Source of the DNA: Coniocarpon cinnabarinum
Lineage: Eukaryota
Length of the DNA stretch: 64,000 nt
Assembly (NCBI GenBank): GCA_051942205.1
Contig: JAVECO010000014.1
Location: 124,001-188,000 of the forward strand
Direction: 5' to 3'
Shown here: positions 1-12,782 of the stretch, one piece after another
Numbering within the stretch: the first letter of the stretch is position 1
Layout of the letters: each line of letters begins with the position of its first letter
Notes under the pieces: model-generated
Databases searched by the model: none
The model's input: only the letters and a program-made list of their open reading frames with translations
Told to the model about the DNA's origin: nothing
Program-made: the position numbers and the translations under genes

Positions 1-75
1 GGCACTTAGCTTATTGAATTGTTACATTTCCTCTGTACGCCACTATAGAGATTATTCCCTCGTACTTCAGCCATC

Positions 76-1041
76 ATGGCAGCTTTGGCAAACAGTGTAC
101 CTGTACCACCCAGAGTTGGACCACCGCATGGAGTTCCACTCGATCTCGTACATGAGTTATCTTTTCCACCTCAAGATATCCGTAACCCTCGAAATGGGCA
201 ACGACTCAGTCTTTTCACACATGCAGAACAACTCAACATCATGAGCCATATCTCTGTGCCAACCGGAGCGGCAAAACATCGAATTCGAGCTTATGCCCCT
301 CCGGACGAGAACCCATACTTACAATACTTACATCGCGTGCCCCTACATCTACGGAACTCCAATCCACAGCTTCCACCATACCGGGTTCGAGCCATCAATC
401 GAAGAAACTGGATTATATTTCCAGATGCCCCGCGCGAGGCATTGCGCGTAGCTCGAGTTAACCAACACTTCTACGACCTCTGGTTGGAGAGCCTTCTCCA
501 ACACGCGGACTTGGAATTTGAGACAATGCGATACCTTTACAATTTCTTGCGCCATTTGCAGTCGCGTGGAAGGAGGGACGGTAATGAAAACCGGTTTCTC
601 GCACGTGTGGATTCTGTTGTGATCCGCAGAATGCGAGGCAAATATACGGCAGAAGCACTTGGCATGCTTGTGAAGTGCCGCAGCATCCGGCGCTTGCGGC
701 TTTGTTATTGCGGATATTGTCTCGAATCTCGCACTGGGCCCGGAAGGAGCTGCAGCACGGCCCAGCTGCGAAAGTGGCAGACTCTTCGCTGGAGGAACAG
801 ACAACAACACGGAGGTCCGCCACGATTGACGACGCTACTCCGTGGACTGAATCAAATTAATGCGCCAAACATGTTCTGCGACGCATGTGTGCATTACATA
901 CGCAGCAACCCAAATGTCAATCACTTTGTTCCTGGAGCGCTGCCGATTACCGCCCGTGGCGTGGGCCCAACGGATCCATTCTTCACCACCTGGGTCAATA
1001 ACTTGAGTGTGGGAGAATTGGATCTAACTCAGGTACGATAA
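76..1041 (+). CDS. Hypothetical protein (321 aa), fungal orphan-type
   Basis: Long single ORF with good ATG context (ATCATGG). The central segment ALRVARVNQHFY...LEFETMRYLYNFL loosely resembles fungal F-box-associated hypothetical proteins (inference only). Confidence 0.6.
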   Translation: MAALANSVPVPPRVGPPHGVPLDLVHELSFPPQDIRNPRNGQRLSLFTHAEQLNIMSHISVPTGAAKHRIRAYAPPDENPYLQYLHRVPLHLRNSNPQLPPYRVRAINRRNWIIFPDAPREALRVARVNQHFYDLWLESLLQHADLEFETMRYLYNFLRHLQSRGRRDGNENRFLARVDSVVIRRMRGKYTAEALGMLVKCRSIRRLRLCYCGYCLESRTGPGRSCSTAQLRKWQTLRWRNRQQHGGPPRLTTLLRGLNQINAPNMFCDACVHYIRSNPNVNHFVPGALPITARGVGPTDPFFTTWVNNLSVGELDLTQVR

Positions 1042-2104
1042 GTTATTGCTAAAGAGGAGGTCTTGAACTACCAACACAAACTCTTCATGACGCAGAGCTT
1101 TCTATCTAGCGACTGGACACAGTGGGGTCAATAGTTAGGTCATGGTTAGCTTATGGTTCAGTATCGCGCTCAAATAAACTAATAAGAGCGAGAACTTAAC
1201 CAATACCCTAAAGGTAAACCATGACCGAACCAATAATAATCGAACTATTGACCACACTGACTGGACATCAATTGATGATGTCGTGATCAAGAGCAGTGGC
1301 ATAAAGCGCACGCAGAATGTAATTTGATATTTCCTTGGCCCTAGCATAGTTTCCTTGACGATTGTACACTTCATACTTATTTGTACTGTCATATACTCCA
1401 ATCATTCTCGTGTTCTTGATGTGATGTTACATGCCTGATCTTTGCTACGTCAAGCATTGTGCGCCTTTCTAGAAGGGGTCCGTAGGGTAGTCGTTGCCGT
1501 ACTATCATCTAGTGTCTTTTTGCTCACAAAGGCTTATCGCCGTTGTTCTCGTAGGTTTGCGACCTGAATTGTGCCTATCGTGCAGGTTCGTCGCTCAGAC
1601 TGAGATCCGGCAACGACTTATGTTCCGGGCCCTTGCTCGCGGTCATCAAATTTTATCATGTGGAGGTCATGACGGCCTTCAGTGTATGGATCATCATGTG
1701 ATGTCACTCCTGCGGGATGTTCACGCTGTCGGAAAATAAAAGTGTTTCCAGGACGTGGAGAATGTTTATATATTCCAGCCTTGGAACTCAGGCTTGACAA
1801 GCGCCTTAAGTATTGACGCCAGCTTCTAGGCCCAGCCATCCACTGGCGCACCACCGCGCCCGGAAATCGACCGGCAAGCAGCTCCACGGAAGCTCTCGAA
1901 TGCTTTATCCCCAACCTGCCCTCCGCTATCAGCTCGCACTCTAGCTCTACACAATCTGTAGAGCGGCTGCCTCCTTAAATTCAAGAACACTGCAAGTTCG
2001 GAAAGCTAAGCTTCTAGAGATTCCAGGCCTGCGCGACGAAGTAGCTAGCAATTGCAGACATGAGTGCGAGCGGTACGTATACATGAACCCCAACACTCCA
2101 GCCA

Positions 2105-2916
2105 ATGCGCGCTTTTCTTCCGTTCCGCGCCGTTGGCCTTCGACCGCGACCGCTGCAAAACGCTTTCAGACCAACACTGTCCGTCTTACGAGCTAGACGA
2201 GGATATGCAAGACCAAGTCAGATCCTGTTCGGCTCCGAGAGACCCCCGACGCTTCTGCCAGCTAACAGGCACTTGAAACAGATCAATCAGAGGGCATCTC
2301 AGCTCTGCTTGCGTCCAACAAGTCATGGGCAACCCAGATTGCTCAGAATGAGCCCAAGTACTTTGAAAACTTGTCCAAAGGGCAGTCCCCGCGCTTCCTT
2401 TGGATTGGTTGCTCCGATTCCCGCTGTCCAGAGACCACGATTCTGGGATGCAAGCCTGGAGATGTCTTCGTCCACAGGAACATTGCAAACGTTGTGCCTG
2501 CGACGGACCTATCTTCGTTGTCAGCCATTGAGTTTTCGGTCGTGTACTTGAAGGTACAACACGTCGTTTTGTGTGGCCACACAGGCTGTGGAGGAGTCAA
2601 GGGCGCGCTTGACAACAAGAAGCTGGGCAAGATCGACACTTGGCTTCAGCCGCTGCGACAATTGCGTTTGCGGCACGCTGAAGAACTCGACAAGTTGAGC
2701 GATGTCGAGAAGCAGCAGCGTCTCGTGGAGCTGAACGTCCAGCAGGGTGTGGAGACGCTCCGCCAGAACCCAGACATCATCGATGCCGTCAACTCCAGAG
2801 GCCTACAGGTTCATGGAGTTGTCTTTGATCTTGGTAGCGGCGAGCTGAAGAGCGTGGACACGTCTGAGGAGAACACGGCAACTGAGCGCAGATACGCCGC
2901 GTTCCGCACGGCTTAG
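2105..2916 (+). CDS. NCE103: Beta-class carbonic anhydrase with predicted mitochondrial presequence; exons 2105-2216 and 2282-2916
   Basis: Zinc-ligand motifs WIGCSDSR, VHRNIAN and CGHTGCGG. Intron GTCAGA(2217)...GCTAAC...CAG(2281) joins an Arg-rich N-terminus in frame. Confidence 0.92.
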
Positions 2917-3642
2917 GTGTTGGTGTTGGCAAACAAGCATCGGAGGAGCACACGAAATTTTAACGTGTCCATGGACGAAGGTACGATGTTGCAGCGGTTT
3001 TTAGTAGGCGTACTGATCTATCTTGGATGGTCCAGGCTTGGAGATTTCGCAAAACACAATTATTGCAGCTGGCACACCTTCGTAACATCAAGTGACTTCT
3101 GAAAGGAGGTCAAGAACGCCGATTGCCCCATTAATTGCACTTATGCTGTGTTCTCATACGATGGAGTTGAAGAAGCATCAATGGAGCGCTGGCTGGTCTC
3201 CACGTATTTCATGATTGAGTACCGATATGGTCAGGTGCGGTAGACTAGCAGCGCCAACGTCATAGCAGACCTTATGTAAGCAACACGTGCAGCTACGCCG
3301 TCTCAGGAGACCGGTACGCGTCGCGAAGCATTGGAGCTCGTTGAACACCTTGTGTGTAAATACACAAATCGACAAACACTCGCTGTTTGCAGATTCGCAA
3401 ACTGAGAAGCGACGAGCACATGGACCGCCTACTCCCTTGAGACAAATGTACGTAACTCTAGCCGGCGAGCGGACTCGTTGCAGAAATGTCACAGCCCTTG
3501 CAGCTTCCCCAGATTCTGACCCCCTACTGCCCTCCCCCCAACCATCTCCCACTATTTTAACCACCCTAATGGCCTGCGCTGGTGCATGTGACCCTTGATT
3601 TGCATCTGCAATGACGAAGACTCTCGTCTGACAAATGCAGCA

Positions 3643-5991
3643 ATGACTTCTCAGGCAAGATCATCCAGTGGTGTCCGCGATCTGCGGGCAATGTTCGAGA
3701 ACAAAAACGAGCCAACAAACGAGTCCTCCTCTGACCGCGGCAGATCTCCCAGTGGAGCAAGCACCAGTCGAAGTCCGTCAGCCCGCAAGATTCGTTCCAG
3801 CTTCATTAGTGTTGAGCCCTCCGGAACAATGAACGGCATCAGTGAAAGAAGAGAGAGCTTCTCTGGAAGCAAGGCACAAGACGGGAGTGACACGGCCGAC
3901 GCCAAGACAAGTGTGATTGATGAGCTCAAGCAGCGGCAGAATAGAGGGCGGGCTTCGGAGGCCGTGCCAGAAGAAGCCGTGGACACGCCAGGCATGCCTA
4001 TACCTGATCCACCGCAACCAATGGACAATCCAGACAAGGTCGTTTCTGCTGCTCAAGACGAAGATGCGTCGCTGAAACCGGCAGACACAAAATCAAAAGA
4101 GGCGGTGTCCGGCGGTGGAGCGTTGAAGAAGCAACCGTCATCGGCCGGGTCAAAGAGCTCAAATACGGCTGCGGCAAGAAGCAAGCCCGCAGCGATCTCC
4201 ACATCAAAGCCGGCTGGCCCAGCTGCGAAGTCGTCCGCGTCAAAAGGTTCACCGAAGACACCGCCTGCAGCTTCGAAGCCAGCCGCAACGAAAGCTCCTA
4301 GACAAAGCACGACCGGCAATACGAGTCGACCGTCAAGGCCATCGGCGGCGTCGAGTGCGGCGTCGCCACCAGACAGCAAATTTGCAAAGCCTCGATCACC
4401 CACTCGGCCTGTGAATATACCTACTCATCTTACTAAACCGACAGCATCGTCCGCCGCCAAACATGAGCCTGAGGAGAAGGACCAGAAAGCGAATGCAAAA
4501 GACGGACCTCGTGCCACAACGAAACCGGTAGGCATGCCGTCACGGCTCATGGCTGGGACTGCATCGTCAAACGCAAAACATGACGAAGACAAACCCCAGG
4601 CGAAACCGAGCACGTCCACTAGAACCAGCATGGCGAGTGCGGGCACAAGACCTCGCGCATCCCTAGCTGGCTCTAAGAATTCGAGACAATCCGACGCGTC
4701 CTCGAGAGAAGCACACCAAGCAGAGAAGAAGTCAGCGCCGCCGCCCTCGGGAGACTTTCTGGCACGAATGATGCGACCAACGGCTTCCAGTGCAAATCAC
4801 ACGTCGAAGAATGAAGAAGCTGAGAAGCCGAAAAGTTCCGCACAGCCACGCGCTTCACATACTCGCGAAAAAACTACCGCTTCATCGTCGAAGCCCACTT
4901 CGAAGCCGTCCCAGGCGGCGAAGAAGCCATCAAGGCCCTCTGCCGTCCCAACGAAGACGGAAGACTCCAGTGTTTTCACGAAAGCGGAGGAGCAGGTGAA
5001 GGAGAAAGTGACCCAAGCCAAGGACACATTGCAGGAAAAGTTACATTCGTCGCATTCGGAGAAGAATGAGCAGGCAAAGGGCGACGAAGCAACAATAGGA
5101 TCTCAGAAGCTAGAGGAAACAAGCAGGAAAAAGGAAAGCCCCGCCGCTGCTGCTCCTGTGTCACCCGTGCCGGATGAGAAGCCTGCACCAACCACAGAGC
5201 CCAAGTCATTAGAGCCACAAGTCAAACCCACAGATACTTCCAAGCAGGACGCTGCCTTATTTTCAATGAACTCGGAACAGCCCGCAGTCCCACCTTCGTC
5301 AGCAGAACCAACGTCGTTATCTGCAGACAAGTCTACGCCTCCAAAGACTCAAACCCCCTCACAATCACCGAAGAAAGCCAGCGGCACACCCAAACGCTCA
5401 TCGAAGACCCGCAAAAATCCTTCCCCCTCCAAAAACGTCACCCCCGCTCAGCCCACCGAGCCTGTTCCCCTGACCCAAGCCCCCTCAGAAGTACCCGAAG
5501 CCACTGTCCCTGAAGCCACCACCTCGAGCGACGCCGAAACAAAGCCCGAAGTGGATCAGATGATCCCACCTGTGCCTCTCACATCCACAGACGACGAGCC
5601 CTCCACATTAACCTCTCAGCACGATGGCACGGTCACTTCTCCTCCTCAAACCGACATGACCGCATCTCTTTCCAAACCCAACGATCCCGCTTCTTCCACG
5701 CCTTCGAAGAAGACCACCGCAAAGCCGAACACAGCGAGAGCCATGTCCGAAGACGACCGCGAAGCCCAACAATTGCGCGAGATGATCAATAGTGCGATTG
5801 CGAATCCGGACGCGGACGTCTCAGCGACGGAACAGGCAGGGAAGGAACAGGCGATTGAGGAGAAGCACGAGAAGGAGAGGACGCCTGAGGTCGGTGTGGG
5901 TCAGGACTCGAATGAGGTGGCAAATGAGGGTGTGAAGGGGCTAGAGGCCACGCCGGCTTTGGATAAGAGTGGAGAGGGGGAGATCCGTTAG
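3643..5991 (+). CDS. Ser/Thr/Pro/Lys-rich, largely disordered protein with repeated PTASS motifs
   Basis: ~780-codon ORF from ATG 3643. Contains GVRDLRAMFENK at the N-terminus and the motifs LTKPTASS, LMAGTASS and MMRPTASS. Confidence 0.8.
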   Translation: MTSQARSSSGVRDLRAMFENKNEPTNESSSDRGRSPSGASTSRSPSARKIRSSFISVEPSGTMNGISERRESFSGSKAQDGSDTADAKTSVIDELKQRQNRGRASEAVPEEAVDTPGMPIPDPPQPMDNPDKVVSAAQDEDASLKPADTKSKEAVSGGGALKKQPSSAGSKSSNTAAARSKPAAISTSKPAGPAAKSSASKGSPKTPPAASKPAATKAPRQSTTGNTSRPSRPSAASSAASPPDSKFAKPRSPTRPVNIPTHLTKPTASSAAKHEPEEKDQKANAKDGPRATTKPVGMPSRLMAGTASSNAKHDEDKPQAKPSTSTRTSMASAGTRPRASLAGSKNSRQSDASSREAHQAEKKSAPPPSGDFLARMMRPTASSANHTSKNEEAEKPKSSAQPRASHTREKTTASSSKPTSKPSQAAKKPSRPSAVPTKTEDSSVFTKAEEQVKEKVTQAKDTLQEKLHSSHSEKNEQAKGDEATIGSQKLEETSRKKESPAAAAPVSPVPDEKPAPTTEPKSLEPQVKPTDTSKQDAALFSMNSEQPAVPPSSAEPTSLSADKSTPPKTQTPSQSPKKASGTPKRSSKTRKNPSPSKNVTPAQPTEPVPLTQAPSEVPEATVPEATTSSDAETKPEVDQMIPPVPLTSTDDEPSTLTSQHDGTVTSPPQTDMTASLSKPNDPASSTPSKKTTAKPNTARAMSEDDREAQQLREMINSAIANPDADVSATEQAGKEQAIEEKHEKERTPEVGVGQDSNEVANEGVKGLEATPALDKSGEGEIR

Positions 5992-6935
5992 GTGCGGAGG
6001 GTTAGCTACGCTGTTCGATTTTAGCCTTTTCGAGATTGCCTTTGTCAGAGGTTCTAGCGCGGACCGAGTATTGAAGGTTACATGTTGAGATTCAGCGGAC
6101 GTGTGCGAAGGCTGGGTTGAAGTAGCGCGAGATGCGTGAGATGCCCGCGCTGAGAGGAGAGTGCCGAGACTGAGATGGGGAGATTGTGATTGTGACTGTG
6201 ATGAATGGGCGGTCTATTGTGAGACTTTGTTTGCAAGTGTCGCGTTGTTTTTGTGTCATTGTTTTGAGCACTATACCACTTCGTTGCCGTTTCTTGTCTT
6301 GACATTCGAACAGCTCTACAAGGTCGACTTTTCATCTCTCTTTACTTCAGCTGTTTTTCTTTATCTTAAGCAGGCGGTGAGTGGCGAGTGGCGAAGATGT
6401 GAGAGGAAGTGGGACGAAGGAGGTCGAAATGAAGTGGGCGAAGTGAAGTAAAATGGCGAACGCAAATAATGTCGAAAAGAGCAGGAGTAGTAGCAAATAA
6501 ACTCAAATCTGCCTCAAAGGGGACAAGCAGAGTTAGGAACAGCTGAGGCAAGTTGGCATGCTTCAGATGCGAAGACGACACTGGATGATGGCGGCGTGTA
6601 GGACATGAATCACTGCTTGAGTTTCGAGGTCGAAGTGGCGACTACTGAAAAGGAGGATGAGACATTGACGGAGTGGGGATGGAGGGAGGGTGAGCAAGGA
6701 AGATGCTGACGCATGATGGAATAGAGGGGATGGTTGAGTGGGTCTCATGTTATTCCGTGCGGCGTTGTTATGTTTCTGTGTTTTCTGTTTAGAGATCTAA
6801 ATCGGTCTACATCATATCAGTTCCAACAGAATAATATAAGAGACAGCAATAGACAACGGAGATTATTCGCGACTTCGCACTTGAGCGACTCATTTCGTGG
6901 CAGGGCGCATAATTGGTGGCGAAGAGTATTTGAAG

Positions 6936-8302
6936 GAGCGAGGTGAAGTGGGGTGGAGTGGCAAATAGGGGTAAGGGTATTAGACAATCATGCTGAAAAA
7001 TCCCTTAACATACCCTAAGAGATATAGACGCCGAAGGCTCGAAGCTGAAGGAAGGATATGGCAACTTTGTTGAGAGAATGTGAACTTGATCACAGTAGTT
7101 TTGTTGTCGTGTTACGCCAAATCATGTCGTTGAAAGACCACTTCTTTCATTCCATCCTATTCATACTCAAATAGAAAAAAGTGTGCCACGTCTCTATTGT
7201 CTTTGCTTCCTATTATGTCCCTTCGCTTCGCTCTAGACAGGTGCCAAATAGTCGCCTTAAAAGTTGAGGAACGAACGTTCAGTACCCTACCCTAGCCTGA
7301 TTTGCCACTTCACCTCACTCTTGATTTTTTTTTACAATTAGATCCACAACACAGAAGATGCAGGAGCGGTGCGTCAAAATGAATAAGCGCCTTGCGACTT
7401 GCAGATTAAAAGGACACGTTGACGAGAGCGCCATGATTGAAGCAAGGGAGATGCAAGTACATGATTCAATAGCCAGGCTCTTTGTTCGAGGTCCTCTGCG
7501 TTGTCTGAGGGTGCGATTCTAAAAGCTGATTGCGCTACGTGTTATTGCGCTGACTTGCGCTGAATAGTGCTGCGACGCGTCCCTGTTTTGTCTATTGTAT
7601 TATTACCGAGGATTATACTGCTTCGCCACACATGTCTTTCAAGATTCAAAAGGTCTATAGAATCTTCTGCGTTATCATCACGTCAATTCTCCTACTTCTT
7701 GGAAATTTCTATGCGTCGTAGTATCGTCTCAACGCCCTGAAAATTCTGGATCCTTCATTTCAGTGAGCAGCGAATTAGTATTCGAGGTAGCGAGGTGAAG
7801 TGGGAAAATAAAGTAATAAGCAGGCGGAATAATAGACTTTAAGCTTCCAGATTCTTAATAATTTACGACGTACTAGGCGTTTAAAAGGTCAGAGTCGACG
7901 CATTGCCACAAGAGACCGAAGGAAGGGAACAAGATCTCAATCGCTAGAGTAAAAATAAGTAATAAAGCAGAAAGAGACAGCCAATATAATTGGCGAGAGA
8001 TACTACTATATGATTGAAAAGCTAGGCTATTTGCATGGACTTGCACTGCGCGAATTTGCACCATGCTCTGGAAGAATAAGCTGTATTGCGTTGCTTAGGA
8101 TTGGTTTTGCGCTATTCTAATGTCTTTAATACAATTGCGCTCGGATTATCCGTTACAGCATTGACACTGGAACGATCCTAGCGCGAAATACGTCAAATTT
8201 CGTAGCATAGTGCATGCAGCGAGTTGCAATTCACCTGAAATAATGTGAAATGAACAAAGTGGCAAACAAGGGCAGAGTACCCAACATCGCCACTACACCT
8301 CG
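6936..8302. mobile_element. Degenerate TIR (MITE/Tc1-mariner-like) transposon relics
   Basis: Related ~35-45 nt motif GAGGTGAAGTGG..CAAA..GGGTA in both orientations at 6936-6979, 7283-7320, ~7790-7810 and 8259-8302. AT/TpA-rich interior with no long ORF. Confidence 0.45.
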
Positions 8303-9018
8303 TTAATGCGCACAGCTTGCGACTGACAAGATCGATAACGTGAGCCGAAATCGCAGACAACACAAAGATTCTAAACCTCTCTGAACTTCGCAGCGTGACG
8401 TCTCGCTAAGCTCAGATGTGGGCATCCAGTAATCGATCGATCAGTGTTCAATATACGCATAGGTGAAATCTTCGTAGCGACTCCAGTGGCGGATGTGGTG
8501 CCGAGTCGCACGACAGGCTAAGCTTGCAGTCTTCTATGAGCGAATGGCAAGAATAACGTTTACAAAATGTAGAGTCTACCAAGAAAAGGCATTGGATAAA
8601 GCGGGTTTCTAAGAATCAGAAACATGAATATCAGTACAAGAAGTAAAGGAAAGGACTGGCAGATGGAGAGGGGCAGATATACGTTATTCAAGACTCAGAA
8701 GCATTTCAGTTCAGAATTACTTCTGGATCTTTTGCATACTCTTGAGTTTTTGTGGTTTTTGGTGTGTGACTGAGTATCGCGCTGGTGATGCAGAGGAGCG
8801 TCACACTCAGCAAGCCATGATATGGCTAACCTCCAGCATTGCACATCACTGCGCATGATGACGATGTGCATCGCACCATGCCTTGAGAAGGCTGCCCCCC
8901 ATCATTGCGCTCTGGATCTCTATCAAAAGACCGCCACGTCATCATCGTCATCGTCACCCAATCCCCGTCATCCCTGAGTGATTCATTCCTGTGACTACAT
9001 CAACGAGTCCGTTGCACC

Positions 9019-12000
9019 TCACACGAAGTCCGCCGAGTACGAGAACCCCCTGAACTCTTCCTGCATCGCCTGACTCAGAACTACTCCAAAGTTAGCATGT
9101 CATCCTCGACCCTCTCAAAAGCTCAGCAAAGCACTCACCTGAATGCACGGGCGTCAAGACCGGCGTCACACTCGTAAACTCTGAATCAAAATTACTCGTA
9201 TCCGTCGCGCTCTTAATCTGCGGCAAAAATGGCGCCGGCACCCGCTTGTTCTGAATATCATCCCAATTGATGTTCCTAAAAAACGAATGGCTCATGATCT
9301 CCTCGGCGTCGGTAGGTCCACTGCCCAGGCGTTGCTCGGGCTCACGCATCAACAGTTTCTGCAGAATCGACACCGAGTCTCGAGGCATGTGAATCGGGTA
9401 GAGAGGCTCATCGGCGAGAATGGCATCGTAGATTTCGTCCTCATCTTCGCCGCGGAAGGGCGACTGCTGCAAGAGCATCTGGTAAATCAACACGCCAAAG
9501 GCCCACCAATCGACGGCGCGACCGTATTTCTTGTCGAGCAGGATCTCCGGGGCCATAAACTCGGGGGTCCCGCAAAAGGTGCTGGTGGTGCTGCCATGGT
9601 ACATGTCTTTCTTGCAGAGACCGTAGTCCGCCACTTTGATGTGTCCGTCGAGCGTCAGCAGGATGTTGTCCAGTTTGAGATCTCGGTACACGACGCCATT
9701 CTCGTGGAAGTACTTGAGCGCGAGACACACCTCGGCAGCGTAGAACTGCGCACGCTTCCCACCAAATTGACCGCGCTGGATGTGCCACATGAGATCACCG
9801 CCACTAACGTATTCCATGACAAAATAGACACGGGTCTCGGTCTGGAAGCAGGCATGGAGGTTCATCAGGAAAGGGTGACGGGCGCGGTTGGCGATGATGC
9901 AGACGTCTCGTTCCGACTTTGTGCTCTCCACTTCATCGTTCTCAATAATGAATTCTTTCTTGAGGACTTTGATGGCGTACAGCTGTTTCGACGACTTGGT
10001 CTCTGCAAGCATAACCTTACCGAAATTGCCCTTGCCCAGAACTGCGAGGAAATTGAAATGATCAAGGCCGATTCGCTTCTTGGGTCCTGATTGCTGTGCT
10101 GATGCGAGAGGATTGCGATTCTCGACAAACTTGTTAGCTGGACTCAATGCCTGAGTAGTTGGAGCAGGGGCAGGGGTGGGTTCAGGAGATTTGACAGGGG
10201 CAGGTGGTTGCTGCACTTGGTGCCGCGGCGGCTCTGGGGTGGGGGTTGAAGGTGCTGGGTATCGTTGTTGTTGTGGCATCTGAGCCGAGGCTGCGGGAGC
10301 AGGCTGATTGTATGGCATCTGTCTCGGTGGCATGGACGTTTGGGGCTGTGGTTGGGGTGGCGATTGTGGCTGCGGTGCCACGGGAGTCTGCTGCTGTGCA
10401 TTCCATTGATCGTATGCTCGAGGGTCGTAAGGCGCATGCCGAGGATCAGGCGGCGGCGTTGGCGACGCACGAGAAGGCTGTTGGGCAGCGCTTCCCGTGT
10501 AGCTGCTGGAAGTTCTCGTGGCGGAGGTCGGGCGCGAGTCATATGTTGGTGTTTTATTCTGCAAAGCTTGTGTGGCCGCAATGGCTGCGTCGTTGGCGGC
10601 ATGCTTTCGTGGGTCTACGGGCATCGAATCACCGCGTGGAGGAACGGGTCTCCTATGCGTCGCTTGCGACGGAGGGGGTGGATAAGATGGAGGCTGTGAC
10701 GAAGGATGCGAAGGGGGTTGAGCACCGGTGGATGGCGGTCTGTACGATGCCTGTTCGAGCTCTTCCTTGTACGACAATCGCTCTCGCGACGGTTGCTCAA
10801 CCATTGTGGCTTCAGATGAGACAGTGGAGATGGATGAAGGTGTCGAGGGGTCTTTGTTGACCACCTTGGGCGGTCTTCGGACATTGCCTGCCCGGTTCGC
10901 TGGAAGCTTCTTGATCTCACGGAGGATGTCGTTCGCGGCTTGCATCGTCATCCCACAAAAATCTGGTACGAGATGCGTACAGCCCGAGTGAGCTGTGAGC
11001 TTGCACTCTCGACATCTTCGAGGCACTTTGCGTCCCAGTGGCAGGAGATAGCCGCAATGGCAGCACCAATTGGCGCTGATATTGCCATACGGTTCGAAGC
11101 GATGAGGTATGCGGTGGTTGAGCTTGGCTTCATCGGGGTCGCTCTCTGCGTTGGATTTGCTGATACATTTGGTGACGACCTTGGGGTAGCATTCGGTATG
11201 GCACATGTACTTGCAATCCGTGCACTGCATGCCCGTGGCGTATTTGAGCAGTTCTCCGCAGAATGCACAGCGCATAATGTTGTAGAAGCTTTGAGCCACA
11301 AATTTGTGCCCGTATAGCTCATGCACGTCTTCCTGTCGCTGTCGGATGGCGCCACGTCGACCCAGCCCAGCGTCTAAAGCTTTCTTCTCTCGCGTCATTT
11401 TCTGGAAGCTGATTGTGAGATGAATCTTGCCGACCGGCTCGAGTGAGAACCACGCGTCAATCGCGACCGGCCCTGACTGAGATTGCTGTCCGTCGCCAAA
11501 ATGATCGGGCCCTCCGCCGTGCGGTTGACCGGCCATGCCGCCATGACCGCTGCCACCTTGACCACCGCCCAACGGTCGGCCGTCTTTGTCCATTTTATCC
11601 GCGGACACCCACCCGGCCTGATGCAATTCCGTCTCAATTCTCTTCCGCCGCATCTCCTCCGAAATATCGGAAATGCGTATCCAAAGCAAACCAATTGGCC
11701 GTGGAAGATCTCCCCCTGACCGGTCATACACGGTCATTTCGAGCTCATTGCCTTTGTCAACATCGATTTCAAGGTATTCATCAGTCCATCGATCGGTCTT
11801 GGTCGCTTTCGTCCTGCCTTTGAATTCATCTTCGACTTTGACAATGACAAAGGTCTCAGGGCCTCGCGATAGCTTCCCGCTGGCAGCGTGATTGACGTCG
11901 CTAACGGCCTGTATTCTCATGTTCAGAATGCCAGTCAGTGGCTTTCGCAGCGTTGGCGCGTTCATGCTGTCATCTACGCGTAATGTCAGAGCAATGCGCG

Positions 12001-12782
12001 AACAGTCCCAGGTGATCGTCTTGCTTACCATCCGCCGGATCATTGGACTCCATATCCAAATGAAGATCCTCATATCTTTTCAGCGCTTGCTGTAACAGTG
12101 TGATCTTCTGCACGCTTTCCACTCGCCTGCTCTGCGCCTCGTTGCGGATCTTTCTATCGCCATCCATGTTGTAGGAGCCCATGATCTTTTCTATGCCGTC
12201 TTTGTACTGTCTTTCGACATTCAGCTTGAATTGCAGCTGTGACAGCATCAGCTGTATCCGTGGACCTAGGTGTGGGGTATCGTCTTTAATCAGATCTGCG
12301 CAGAATTAGCAAAGCCCTTCAAATGTGCAGTGCTCGCGATAGCATTTCTGCATACCTAATCGGCTATAATTCGGTCTCCCTCTTGGCCCACCTCCCCCGC
12401 CCGGTCCTGGTGGTGCGAAGGGAGCGCGTGGTGGGCCGGTGGCAGGATTCTGCGAAGTGCTGTAACCACCACTCCCATAATCTGTGCCCACGTCCTGTGG
12501 TCCGTAGGGTGCTCCGTATCCACTCTGTGCTCCGTACCCTTGGCCACCACCTGGTCCCGACCCGCCCATTGACATGTTCCCCATACCTCTTCGCATCTGT
12601 AACTCATTGAGCTTGCTCTCGAAGTACTGGATGTTGCGGCGCGAGTCTCGAATCTGGACATCGGTGTTTGCTTGGACGGCGGGATTCTGGGCGGACTGTC
12701 GTATGCGCTGGAAGCCATCGATCAAGAGCTTCTCCCGCTCAATCTTGCTCTGAATGTCTGAAATCAACGTCTCGTCCGACAT
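9019..12782 (-). CDS. PKC1: Protein kinase C (HR1 repeats, C2, two C1 zinc fingers, AGC kinase); exons 12782-12356, 12295-12029, 11973-9139, 9080-9019
   Basis: Motifs [19 protein letters not shown] and [13 protein letters not shown]1 Cys/His patterns; C-terminus QEEFRGFSY after splicing; three canonical GT-AG introns. Confidence 0.98.

Noticed and set aside
1135..1401. 88 aa - strand ORF in an AT-rich patch
   Set aside because: Non-ATG start and no motif; possibly a RIP-like relic, but no repeat evidence within the window.
9287..11891. Long + strand ORFs (267, 218 aa and others)
   Set aside because: Antisense shadows of the GC-rich PKC1 coding sequence.
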